58,670 nt of DNA from an uncultured Holophagales bacterium (GCA_963842525.1 CAWJGT010000033.1:1-58670), one strand, 5' to 3'; numbered from the stretch's first letter, positions 17,994 through 27,932 are shown. Notes: generated by a model not told the origin, from the letters alone. A program made the numbers and translations.

Positions 17994-19127
17994 ATGTCCA
18001 CCGTGATTCAGAAAAGCTCTCCTTCCGTTCTAACGCTGACAAATCCCGCAGACTTTCATTCCTTTGTCATCGCCGAAGCGCTCCGCCGGAAGGGAGTGCC
18101 CGTGGCGCTCTGGCATGGAACCGACTTTCCAAGCCGGCAGACGGCTTCTGTCTCGCTGGATCCCGACCTTGATCACTGGGAGATCCTCGGCCCAGAATTG
18201 GAGCTGGGTAACCACAAGTTCTCCACCGTGTGGATGAGGCGACCTGGCCGACCACTAGTTCCTCTGGAGATAGATCCGGCGGACCAGCAGTTCGCGCTTC
18301 GCGAGTGCAGATACTTCCTTGCGGGTCTATACCGCGCAGCAGGAGCAGATGCGTTCTGGGTAAACCCTATGGGGTCCGCAAGCCGTGCGGACATCAAACT
18401 CGAACAGCTCAGAAGCGCGGTCAGGGCAGGTTTCAAAATTCCTCGAACACTGCTGAGCAATGATCCGGCAAGAATCCGGGCGTTCCTACGAGCCAACCCG
18501 GCTTGCATCTATAAATCGTTTTACCCCGTCTCTTGGTATACGCCCGACTATTCCGCGGTTCTTTTCAGCTCAATATGTAAGGAGGTCGATCTCCCGGATG
18601 ACCCCTTACTGAAACTGACTCCCGGCATCTTTCAGACTCTTGTGCCAAAGTCTTACGAGCTGAGAGTCACAGCAATGGGAAATACACTTTTCACCGCGAA
18701 ACTCGAATCGCAGGGGCTTTCCAGTGCGCAGATAGACTGGAGAGCAGCCACCGAGCCTTTTCCGCTCGAACCTGCCGAACTGCCGGGGGCCGTGGCCGAG
18801 GCTTGTCGTCATGTCATGAAGGATCTGGGAATCGTCTACGGGTGTTTTGACCTCATCGTAACGCCAGAAGGTGATTACGTTTTTCTCGAGGTCAATGAGA
18901 TGGGAGCTTTCCTCTGGATCGAGGAGCAGAACCCGGACTTCAGATTGGTGGATGCATTCTGTCAATTTCTTGTCGAGGCGACTCCTGACTTTCGGTGGCA
19001 ACGCGCGGCGACGCCCGTCCCCTTGGCAGATGTTCATGCGCGGGCCCTTCAGGCAATGGAGATAGAAGCTGCAGCGGCTCATGTACCAAAGGAATCAGAG
19101 ACCCTGCGCGACAACTTCGAGGCATGA
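17994..19127 (+). CDS. ATP-grasp peptide maturase (MvdC/MvdD-like)
   Basis: VWMRRP, FWVNP, KLEQL..A...GFKIPRTLLSND, FQTLVPKSYELRVT, IDWR, YGCFDLIVTPEGDYVFLEVNEMG. Confidence 0.9.
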   Translation: MSTVIQKSSPSVLTLTNPADFHSFVIAEALRRKGVPVALWHGTDFPSRQTASVSLDPDLDHWEILGPELELGNHKFSTVWMRRPGRPLVPLEIDPADQQFALRECRYFLAGLYRAAGADAFWVNPMGSASRADIKLEQLRSAVRAGFKIPRTLLSNDPARIRAFLRANPACIYKSFYPVSWYTPDYSAVLFSSICKEVDLPDDPLLKLTPGIFQTLVPKSYELRVTAMGNTLFTAKLESQGLSSAQIDWRAATEPFPLEPAELPGAVAEACRHVMKDLGIVYGCFDLIVTPEGDYVFLEVNEMGAFLWIEEQNPDFRLVDAFCQFLVEATPDFRWQRAATPVPLADVHARALQAMEIEAAAAHVPKESETLRDNFEA

Positions 19128-21275
19128 TCGTACTGTCGAAGGCGATGAGGCTGCTTGCAGCGGAAGCCTCAGCTTCCGGTCAAAGAAATCCACCGTGGCC
19201 CGATAGGCCGCGATCCAATTGGACCAGGCCAGGAATGAGTGCACGTCGTCGGGAAAGACGAGTTGCTCCACCTCGACCTTGCGCTCGCGGAGAGCCTCGA
19301 CCAGCTTCACCGTCTCGTTGAACGGGACGTTCCTGTCGTCGTCGCCGTGGATCACCAGGACCGGGGAGCGCCAGGTGTCCAGCCAGGCCAGGGGCGAGGA
19401 CTCGAAGGCGAGCCGCGCCTGCTCGGGGTGCTCCAGCGGGTTATAGGCGGGGATGAAGTTGCGGATTACCGTGTTCCAGTCGTGCACCCCGTGGAAGTCG
19501 ACCCCGGCCGCGAAGAGATGGGAAGCCTTGGCGAGGCCGAGCGCCGTCAGGAAGCCGCCGTAGGAGCCGCCCCAGAGGCCGATACGCTGCGGATCGACGT
19601 CGGGCCGGCTGCGCAGGTAGAGCCCCGCACCCAGCACATCGCTGAATTCGCTGGCTCCCCCAGCCCCCTGGCTCAGGGCCTCCCGGAACTCCATGCCATA
19701 GCCGGTCCCGGCCCGGAAGTTCACCGCCAGCACCAGATAGCCACGGCTCGCCAGGTACTGGTTCATGCCATAGGCGTTGTTGTAATACGGGCTGTAGTGC
19801 CAGCCCAGGAGCATCTGCCGGTGGGAGCCGCCATGGAGGAACAGGAGCGCCGGCCGCCGCTCGCCCGCGGAGATGCCCCGCGGCACGAAGAGCTGACCGT
19901 GGATCGGCATGCCGTCGGCCGAGCTGAACACGATCGGCTCGGGCTCGACCAGCGCGCTCTCGGGATAGTCGGCCGGGAGGGGTGCGAGGGAGCGGTGCTC
20001 GCCACCTCCGAGAGCGCCGGGCGTGACCACGGCCTCGGCAGGCCGGCGCGCGCCGGCGCGGAACCAGGCGAGCGTCGAGCCGTCGTGGGTCACCGCCGGC
20101 ATCCACTCGATCCCCTTCCCGCGGGTGATCGCGACGGGCGGGCCGCCGGCCACGTCCACCCGCCAGAGGTGGCGCCGCTCGATGTCGTCCTGGTTCGAAT
20201 TGAAGATCGCCTGGCGCCGGTCGGGAGTGAGGATCACGTTCTCGATTTCGAAGTCGCCCGGTGTGAGGAGCGTCGCCTCCCCGCCTTGCGCCGGCACCGA
20301 GTAGAGATGCAGCCAGCCGTCCCGCTCCCAGGGAAAAACGAGCCGGTCTCCGGCCCCCCAGAGGAGCTGGTTCGCGGCCACCATTTCGTGGAAGACGCTC
20401 CCCTTCCCCTCCTTGGCCTGCCAGACGGTCTTCGCCTGGCCGGTGGCCACGTCGGCCACCAGGATGGACCAGGGCTGGGACTCGCGGTTCGCATAGAACA
20501 GGGTGATCTTCGTGGAGGCGGGAATCCGCAGGAAGGCGAGGCGCTTGCCGTCCGGCGACCAGACCGGCTCGCTGTCCTGGTCCACGCTCGGAGCGATCCA
20601 GCGCAGAGTTTTCGCCTCCGCATCGTAGACTCCGACGAAGCTGTGGTCGCCGCGCCCGCTGACGAAGGCGAGCTTCAAGCCGTCCGGAGACCAGCGCAGC
20701 GATCCCGCACCGCCGCGGGCCTGGACCCACTGCCGCACCTCGCCATTTTTGCCGTCGAGAGGGGCCCAGAAGATCTTGCCGCCGCGGACGAACGCCACGC
20801 CGCCGCCCCGGGGCGACACCACCGCACCGCTCCCGAGCGAGACCTTCACCGGCTCGCCACCGCCGTCGGCCGCCACGCGCCAGACTGCCTGCTCGGCACC
20901 TGCCGGATCGCTCGTGGGGTTGGGGATCTCGCCCTTGCTGTTGCCGCCACCCCCTCGCACGTAGACGACAGTCTTCGCATCGGCCGTCCACTGGAGGCCG
21001 GTGATCGTCTGTCCGTCGTCCTTGGTGTAGCGGGTGACCGGCCGGCCGCGGTAGTCAGGGGGCTCGGCGACCCAGAGGTTGCGCACGCCCCGGTCGTTCT
21101 GCACCCAGGCGAGCTTGCCCCCGGCCGGCGACGCGAGCATCTCCGAGGGAAACGGAGCGCTCAGGATCTGCTCCAGCGTCGGCCTTCCCGGCTGCGCCGC
21201 CAGAGGGGCGGCGAAGGCCAGGAGGACGAGGAAGAAACCGCACAGACGAGCAGCAGCGGATGGCTTCAAAGGCAT
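19095..21275 (-). CDS. Secreted S9-family (prolyl oligopeptidase/DPP-like) peptidase
   Basis: Signal peptide, WSPDG propeller repeats, GGSYGG nucleophile, HGDDDRNV, DDVH. Confidence 0.9.
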   Translation of the reverse strand: MPLKPSAAARLCGFFLVLLAFAAPLAAQPGRPTLEQILSAPFPSEMLASPAGGKLAWVQNDRGVRNLWVAEPPDYRGRPVTRYTKDDGQTITGLQWTADAKTVVYVRGGGGNSKGEIPNPTSDPAGAEQAVWRVAADGGGEPVKVSLGSGAVVSPRGGGVAFVRGGKIFWAPLDGKNGEVRQWVQARGGAGSLRWSPDGLKLAFVSGRGDHSFVGVYDAEAKTLRWIAPSVDQDSEPVWSPDGKRLAFLRIPASTKITLFYANRESQPWSILVADVATGQAKTVWQAKEGKGSVFHEMVAANQLLWGAGDRLVFPWERDGWLHLYSVPAQGGEATLLTPGDFEIENVILTPDRRQAIFNSNQDDIERRHLWRVDVAGGPPVAITRGKGIEWMPAVTHDGSTLAWFRAGARRPAEAVVTPGALGGGEHRSLAPLPADYPESALVEPEPIVFSSADGMPIHGQLFVPRGISAGERRPALLFLHGGSHRQMLLGWHYSPYYNNAYGMNQYLASRGYLVLAVNFRAGTGYGMEFREALSQGAGGASEFSDVLGAGLYLRSRPDVDPQRIGLWGGSYGGFLTALGLAKASHLFAAGVDFHGVHDWNTVIRNFIPAYNPLEHPEQARLAFESSPLAWLDTWRSPVLVIHGDDDRNVPFNETVKLVEALRERKVEVEQLVFPDDVHSFLAWSNWIAAYRATVDFFDRKLRLPLQAASSPSTVRSCLEVVAQGL

Positions 21276-21319
21276 GGGACCTCCCCCGAAATCGGGGGAG
21301 ATCATCTCACGCCGTGCCT

Positions 21320-22652
21320 TCAGATCTCCGGTGCATCGAACCGCAGGTTCGGATTGTACTGAGCGCGGCGGAGATAGACAGCGACCTGATTGACCACCTG
21401 CAGGCTGGCCTTCTCAGCTTGGGCGGCGCGCTGGAGGAAGGTGAGCGCAGCCAGGGCTTCGCGGTGGATCTTGAGCGAGGAGAAGATGGGGAACATTTCC
21501 TCGGCCAGCCTCTTCAGGTCCGCCGTCCGCTCCTGCTCAGCGTACAGGGTCGCGAGCTCCAGGGAGACCAAGGCCGTGTCGTAGGGAATGCCCTCGGACA
21601 CGAAACCCTCGCGGGCGGCGAGGAAAAGCGATTCGGCCTGCTGAAGCTGACCGAGCCCATGCACGATCTTTCCCTTCACCCACTTCCGCCGATTCTGGGT
21701 CCATGCGTCGGTGAAGTCCCTGTAAAGAGACCGGCTCTGGCGATAGAGGATCTGTGCCTCGCCGAATCGCCCCGCCTCGGCCAGATCGTCGATCAGGTTG
21801 TTCCGGGCGCACAGCAGGAGACGCGGTTCCCGCTCGGAGTCGATGAGCTCGATGGATTGATAGAGGAGAGGAATGGCTGCCTCTGGATTGCCCATATGGT
21901 GGTGAACGTTCTCCATGTTCAGGAGGGACCTGCCGGCCCGGTGTCGGTGACCGTACTGGAGGAAGATCGAAACCGCCCGCCGTAGCAACCGAAGAGCGTC
22001 ATCGAAACGGCGCTGATCTCTTGCTAGAGAAGCCTTCAAATCCAACAGAATGGCCCGTTCCACAGTGTCTCCAGTCCCCTTCGAGAGATGGGCTTCGGCC
22101 CGTTCGAAGGCCTCTTCCGCCCCATGGAGGTCAGACCGCACCCGCCGCGAGTTGCCCAGGTAGCCCCAGGCCCTCGCTCGGAGGTCCTCGACCAAGCCGG
22201 GTTTGTAGGAGCTGTAGTCCAAGTGATCCGAGACCCGAAGGGCCAGTCCGGCCAATGCCTCCGATTCAGTCGGGTTCCGGATACAGGTCTCCAGACTCCG
22301 CTCGATCAGTAGCTCGAAAAGGCCCCACGTCTGGAGCCGGGGGGAGTCGCGGATCAGGAGGCTCCCGCTGCTCCGGCGGATGCCCCAGCAGTTCCACGAA
22401 CAATCCGGGTGCCTCGAAACGCTCCTTCTCCATGGCCTGGAACTGGCCCGCCAGCGCCTGCTGCCCTCGGTCGATCACCTCGTCATAGCTGGCCATGGCC
22501 ACCTCGGGGGGCTCGCGGCGCCGGTTCTTCAGGTATTGGAGCCGATGTCGGCAATACGAACACCGGGAGAGGTGCTCCAGCACCGTCCGGTGCTCGCTGT
22601 CCAGACACAGGTAGAGCTCCTCCAGGATGAAGTCGTTCGGATGGATCTTCAA
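21320..22652 (-). CDS. Zinc-finger plus TPR-repeat protein, paralog 3 (1-nt frameshift near 22360)
   Basis: GAGGAGG RBS, TTG start, HLSRCSYC. After a shift it reads LLIRDSPRLQTWGLFELLIERS.., joining ORF 21320..22255 (DLRARAWGYLGN, GTGD, REPRL, GIPYDTALVSLEL). Confidence 0.85.
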
Positions 22653-22693
22653 AAGCCCCTCCTCTCGTGTCCTGTTTCGATGAACAGCCTGGA

Positions 22694-22710
22694 TTTGACG
22701 TGGCGTCAAA
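22694..22710. promoter_or_regulatory. Perfect palindrome, operator-like, upstream of TPR paralog 3
   Basis: TTTGACG-TGG-CGTCAAA. Confidence 0.45.
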
Positions 22711-22726
22711 CGACGTCTCTGAAATA

Positions 22727-22751
22727 CCCTTTCAAGAATACTAGTTGCCGG
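22727..22751 (-). promoter_or_regulatory. Candidate shared promoter motif upstream of TPR paralog 3
   Basis: Minus strand CCGGCAACTAGTATTCTTGAAAGGG, similar to 2414..2438. Confidence 0.4.
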
Positions 22752-22779
22752 CCAGAAACAAAACGGGACAACGGAAAGC

Positions 22780-22819
22780 AAAAAGAGAGGCGCCAGGCGA
22801 AGAGGCCCGGCGCCTTTTG
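22780..22819 (-). terminator. Intrinsic terminator after DPNG peptide gene 2
   Basis: Minus strand AGGCGCCGGGC-CTCTTC-GCCTGGCGCCT followed by CTCTTTT. Confidence 0.65.
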
Positions 22820-22834
22820 ACGAAACGACAAACT

Positions 22835-23116
22835 CTAGCCGTTAGGGTCCATGTGGCTCCCCGCGTCTCCGCCGTTCGGATTGCCACCCCCGCCATCTCC
22901 TGTCGTTCCGTTAGGGTCCATCTGGCATCCCTCCTGCTGCCAGATCGCCGTCAAGCCCGAAAGACGGGAGGCGACCCACTCCCACACGGCGGCGAAGCCC
23001 ACCGGCTGCCGGGGATCGAGGGACTGCGAGCTCGACAGCGGCAGGGCGTGCGCGGTCACGGTCAGCAGGCAGGTCAGGACGAAGGCGACGACGATGCGGT
23101 AGGTGTTCCGAGACAT
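22835..23116 (-). CDS. Small secreted propeptide with two DPNG-ending repeats (copy 2)
   Basis: GAGGAG RBS. Signal peptide ending AHA-LPL, then WQQEGCQMDPNG ... DAGSHMDPNG-stop. Confidence 0.85.
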   Translation of the reverse strand: MSRNTYRIVVAFVLTCLLTVTAHALPLSSSQSLDPRQPVGFAAVWEWVASRLSGLTAIWQQEGCQMDPNGTTGDGGGGNPNGGDAGSHMDPNG

Positions 23117-23269
23117 GGTGTCTCCTCTTCAGCGGTCCTCCAGGGACGGCCTCCATGGCCGGGCGGGGACCTTCTGTCTGAAGAGTGCTACTTATTCCCT
23201 GAAACCGTGTCAGAAAGAGGACACACCGGGGCCATGGCGGCCCTCACGTTTCGGGAAGGAGGAACTCAG

Positions 23270-23788
23270 CTACTGGGGAGGCGTTTGCTGCGGCGGCTGG
23301 ATGGTGAAGCCGAGCTGGCGGAACATCTCGATCTGGTCGTTGACGATCCAGGCTTCGCGGATCTTCCCGTCCGCGACGCGGAAGATGGTGATGCCGGCGA
23401 TCTCGGCCTTACGGGATGGGGCGCTCTCGGTCTCCTGGGTGGCCGCCCGGACGGTGTAGCGGGCCACCACCTTGTCTCCCTCGGCGATCAGGTCGTCGAC
23501 CGTGTACGAGACCTGGGGGAAGATCTCGCGCGCCCGCCTCTGGGCGCTGCGGATCACCTCGGGACCCTGCTGGTCCGCGGGCGCTCCGAGGCTGCGGTCG
23601 ACGAAGTCCGCCGCGAGGAGCTCGTCCAGGAGCTCGAAACGGCCGGCGTTCAGCACCTCGTCGATGTAGCGGCGGACGAGCGCCTTCGAGGCTTCTTTGG
23701 GATCGCCCGGCTGCGGCTCGGCGGCACGGACGGCGGCGGGGAGGACGGCGAGGAGGACGAGGAGCGGAAGGACGTGTCGACGCAGCAA
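23270..23788 (-). CDS. Secreted SnoaL-like/NTF2 ester cyclase family protein
   Basis: Signal peptide, KALVRRYIDEV, DLIAEGDKVVAR, GITIFRVADGKIREAW. Confidence 0.85.
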   Translation of the reverse strand: MLRRHVLPLLVLLAVLPAAVRAAEPQPGDPKEASKALVRRYIDEVLNAGRFELLDELLAADFVDRSLGAPADQQGPEVIRSAQRRAREIFPQVSYTVDDLIAEGDKVVARYTVRAATQETESAPSRKAEIAGITIFRVADGKIREAWIVNDQIEMFRQLGFTIQPPQQTPPQ

Positions 23789-23816
23789 GGAGACCTCCTG
23801 GGAAGCAGTGAGCATG

Positions 23817-24050
23817 TTACAAAGGCTCGAAGCAGTGCCGGCCCGAGCAGCAGCTCGCCTGGTCGGCGATCCGGCTGTCCGGCCCCAGGCAGGTCATGGT
23901 CAGGCTGCACCAGAAGAAGCCGTCGCGGGTGTTGGGGATGCGGGGGTCGGGCTCGGCGTCGATGAACATCCCCTTCCAGCGAAGGTTGCAGCAGCAGACT
24001 GGGCCTTTCGCGTGCGGCCGGACGGAACCGGTGGCGGGCGTCGTGCTCAT
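23817..24050 (-). CDS. 77-aa Cys-rich small protein at the end of the molybdo-hydroxylase operon
   Basis: 8 Cys (CCCNLRWKGMF, FWCSLTMTCLGPD, CCSGRHCF). ATG sits 1 nt after the FAD-subunit stop. Confidence 0.7.
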   Translation of the reverse strand: MSTTPATGSVRPHAKGPVCCCNLRWKGMFIDAEPDPRIPNTRDGFFWCSLTMTCLGPDSRIADQASCCSGRHCFEPL

Positions 24051-24051
24051 G

Positions 24052-25046
24052 TCAGACCTCGTGTCCAGCCGCGGCGAGCAGGGCCCGGCGGACCGTCACG
24101 CGCGCCAACTGGATCTTGTAGCGGTTCCGGGAGAGCGCCTTGGCCCCCTGGACCGCGGCTTCGCCAGCCTTGGCCGCAACGTCCTCGTCGATCCCCTTGC
24201 CCTGCAGGTACTGCTCGGCCTCCTTGGCGGTCCAGGGGATCGGCGCCACCTGCCCCAGCACGACCCGCGCCCGTTTCACCTGGCCGCCATCCATCTCCAG
24301 GGCCACCGAGGCCGTGGCCAGCGACCAGTCGAGCGTCTCGCGCTGCCGGACCTCGTAGCTCGCGATCAGCCGTCCGGCGGGAGCGCCCAGTGTCACCTCG
24401 GTGACGATCTCGCCGGGCGCGAGGTCGTGCTCGCGCTCGCCTTCGTTGGCCGGAATGCGGTAGAGGCTCTCGAGCTCGATCCGCCGCTCGCCACCCGGGC
24501 CGTGGAGCGCCACCTGGGCGTCCAGCGCGATCAGCACCGGCGCCAGCGTCGACGGGCTCACGAAGCAGGCCGGCCCACCCCCATCGTTGCCGAGGATCGC
24601 GTGATAGCGGTTGTCGCCTTCGAGGACCATCGACTTGCCATCCCGCTGGGCCAGAAGCCCGAAGCCGTTGCGGAAATACCAACAGCGCGGGCGCTGGCAG
24701 AGATTGCCCCCGACCGTGGCGACATTGCGGATCTGCGGGCCCGCGAGCCGGCCGGCCGCGTCGGCCACAACCGGATAATCCAGACGCACGGCCGTGTCGG
24801 ACGACAGCTCGTCGAGGGTCGTCAGCGCGCCGATCCGGAAGCCGGTCTCCGGGCTGTAGCGGATTCCCCGCAGCTCGCCGATCGACTTGAGGTTGACCAG
24901 CCGCGCAGGGGCCTCGACGCCGTCCTTCATCAGGGCGAGGAGGTCGCTGCCGCCCGCCAGGACGCGGCACGCCCGTCCGGAGCGCCGGTCAGGAGCTTGA
25001 CAGCCTGCTCTTTGGTCGCCGGGTTGGCGTATTCGAAAGCATGCAT
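24052..25046 (-). CDS. Xanthine dehydrogenase-family FAD-binding subunit (frameshift near 24970)
   Basis: MHAFEYANP from ATG 25046. LAGGSDLL, QIRNVATVGGNLCQRPRC, NRYK. Confidence 0.85.
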
Positions 25047-27193
25047 CAGCCGCCCCTCTTCCCTGGGCTTCCAGGGCGTCGAGCACCCGCTGCGGCGTGA
25101 GCGGCAGGTAGGGGACGCGCACTCCGAGGGCGTTGGCGACCGCGTTGGCGATGGCGGCTCCGGGCGAGATGACCGGCGGCTCGCCGAGGCCGATGACGCC
25201 GCGCTCGTCGTAGCCCGGCCCGGTCATCATGTGGACGACCAGCTCTCCGACGTCGCCGATGCCGGCCAGCTTGTAGGACTCGAAGTCGACGTTGAGCATG
25301 GTGCCGGTGACCGGATCGATGACCTTCTCTTCCGACAGGGCGTAGGAGATGCCCATGATCAGGGCGCCGTAGACCTGGCTCTCCGCGGTCTTGAGGTCGA
25401 TGATCAGCCCGCAGTCCTGGACCGCCACCATCTTCTCGACCTTGACGATCCCGGTCTCGGCGTCCACCGAGACCTCGGCCATCTGGACGCCGCCGGCGCC
25501 GCTGCCGGTAAGCTCACCCGGCCCGGGGTTGGCTCCGGTGGCGGTGACCGGCGCGCGGCCGAACAGGGCCGCCGCCTGCCGCCAGGTGAGATGCCTGTCG
25601 GGAGCACCCTGGACGCGGATCGTGCCGTCGGCCGCCTCCAGCTTGTCGGATGTGGCCCCGAGCTGCGGCGCCGCCTTGGCGAAGACCATGGCGAGAGCGT
25701 TCTGCGCCGCCCGCCGGGTGGCCGCGCTAATCGCCGCCCACGGTGGTGCTGCCGCCCGAGCCGCCCGAGGCCGGATAGCGGCTGTCGCCGATGTTGACCC
25801 GGACCGCCTCCAGCGGCAGCCCGAGGGTCTCGGCAAGGACGATGGCCACCACGGTGCGGCTGCCGGTGCCCAGATCCTGCGTCGCGATCTTGGCCTCGAC
25901 GCCACCGTCGGGCTGGAGGGTCACCTCGCAGTTGCTGCGGTGGCCGCGCCCGCCCCAGGTGTGAAGCGACAGACCGAGGCCTCGGCGCTTGATCCGGAAC
26001 CTGTCTTCGTCCGGCTCGAGCCGCGCGGGTGCCAGCGCTCGCGCCAGCCCATGAGCTTCGCGGCAACCTCCAGCTCCTCGGCGTAGACCTTCTCCATCGG
26101 GCCTGCGATCGGGAGGTTCTTGCGGAAGAAGTCGAGCGGGTCCATCCCCAGCTTCGCGGCCAGGTCGTCCAGGGCGGACATGGAGAGATAGCAGCCCTGG
26201 GGATGGTTCGGCGCCCGCCAGGCACGCGAGCTGGCCGTATGGGTGGGGATCGACGAATGCCGGTGCCGGCGGTTCGGGATCTGGAAGACATAGGGGAGCG
26301 GCGGGTTGCCCGAGCCGCCGAGGCCGCCCGAGCCCCAGGACCGCGAGACCCAGGAGGTAAGAATTCCGTCCGGCGAAGCGCCCACCTCGATCTCGGCATA
26401 GGCCGACGGGCGGTCGCCCGCCACCGTCAGCTCCGCGTCGCGCTCCAGCATCAGCTTGACCGGCGCGCCCGCCTCGCGCGCAAGCTCGGCGCACTCGATG
26501 CCCCAGCGGTCGGGGCTGAACTTGCTGCCGAAGCCGCCACCCATGTACTGGGTGACCACGCGGACGTTCGACGGCGGGATGCCAATCTGCTCCGCGAACT
26601 GCGGAGCCAGAGCCGGACACCGCCTGCGTCGAGCACCAGGCCGTCATCTCGTCCTTGGCCGTCCACTCGCAGACCTGGCCGTGGGGCTCCAGACAGTTGT
26701 GGGCGACCAGCGGCATGCCGTAGTACCCTTTATGACGGACCGCGGCGGAGCCCAGGGCGCCGTCGGGATCGCCCACCGTCTCCTCCTCGCCAGGCTTGAC
26801 CCCGGGCGCCTGGTCGACGTGCTCGTCGTCCACCCAGTGCGGCAGCACCTCGTATTCGACGGTCATGGCGCGGACGGCGTCCTCCGCGATCTCCTCGCTC
26901 GTGGCGGCCACCACGGCCACCTCGTCGAGGGCCCACTGCATCTCCGTGCCCACCCCCTGGATGACGCGCACGGCCTTGACGCCGGGCAGGGCCTGCGCAA
27001 CCGTGACGTCGAGCTTCGTGACCCTGGCGTGCGCGTGGGGGCAGCGCAGCACCTTGGCGAAGAGCATGCCGGGACGGTTGACGTCGTAGCTGTACTTGGC
27101 GGTGCCGGTCACCTTGGCCGGACCGTCGAGGCGCGACACCCGCGTGCCGATCAACCGCCGCGCTTCGGCCTTGGGCCAGTCATGCTCGGCCAT
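25045..27193 (-). CDS. Xanthine dehydrogenase-family molybdopterin-binding subunit (several frameshifts)
   Basis: RLDGPAKVTGTAKY, HNCLEPH, GGGFGSK, WRAP, QDLGTGS, GGSTT, GLGEPP, spread over ORFs 25727..27193, 25921..26559 and 24052..25905. Confidence 0.85.
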
Positions 27194-27932
27194 GGGGCGG
27201 CCTCCTCTTCTTCTTGCGCCGCTTCTTCCTCGGCTTCACCTCAGGATCTGCCGCCTTGACCGCCTCCTCCTCGGCCGGGACGAGAGCCGCGTTGGCGGCG
27301 CTCACCACGGCCCGGCGCATGCCGGCGTAAGTGCCGCAGCGGCAGAAGTTGCCGGACAGGGCGTAATGGACCTCGCCGAGCGAGGGCCGGGGATTGTGGT
27401 CGAGGAGCGCCTTGGCCGCCATGACGAAGCCGGGAGTGCAGAACCCGCACTGCTGGGCGTCGTTCTCGACGAAGGCCGTCTGGAGAGGATGGAGCTTGTC
27501 CACCGTGCCGAGCCCCTCGACCGTCTGGACGTCGCGCCCCTGGGCCTCGATTGCCAGGATGCTGCACGCGTAGACCGTCCTGCCGTCGAGGAGCACCGTG
27601 CAGGAGCCGCAGGTGCCGCGGTCGCAGACCCGCTTGGCGCCGGTCAGGTCGAATTGGTTGCGCATGGCATCGAGCAGCGTCACCCGCGGCTCCAGCCGGG
27701 CCGCATAGGGCTGCCCATTGATCCGGAAGCTCATCGCGACCGCGCCCGGCCCCACGATCTCGACCCCCGCCTCGCTCTTCGGCCGGGCCGCCCGCGCCGC
27801 CCCTTCGCCCTCGCCGACCTCGCGCAGCAGCGCCGTCCCCAGAGCGCCGGCCGCCGCAGAGCCGCGCAGGAAGACCCGCCGGGTGAAACCCCGGGGGGAC
27901 GGGGGATCGCCGCGCTCGCCATCTCCAGCCAT
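27180..27932 (-). CDS. [2Fe-2S] subunit with Tat signal
   Basis: TRRVFL, CDRGTCGSC, QCGFCTPG, CRC. Confidence 0.9.
   Translation of the reverse strand: MAGDGERGDPPSPRGFTRRVFLRGSAAAGALGTALLREVGEGEGAARAARPKSEAGVEIVGPGAVAMSFRINGQPYAARLEPRVTLLDAMRNQFDLTGAKRVCDRGTCGSCTVLLDGRTVYACSILAIEAQGRDVQTVEGLGTVDKLHPLQTAFVENDAQQCGFCTPGFVMAAKALLDHNPRPSLGEVHYALSGNFCRCGTYAGMRRAVVSAANAALVPAEEEAVKAADPEVKPRKKRRKKKRRPPHGRA

Noticed and set aside
24052-25905. Apparent Mo-subunit/FAD-subunit fusion ORF (617 aa)
   Set aside because: The linker ADACFRIRQPGDQ is the off-frame reading of MHAFEYANPATKEQ. Compensating indels explain the fusion.
27180-27240. Poly-basic tail KPRKKRRKKKRR on the FeS subunit
   Set aside because: Could be an off-frame reading of a GAA/AAG-rich end, given the local indel rate.
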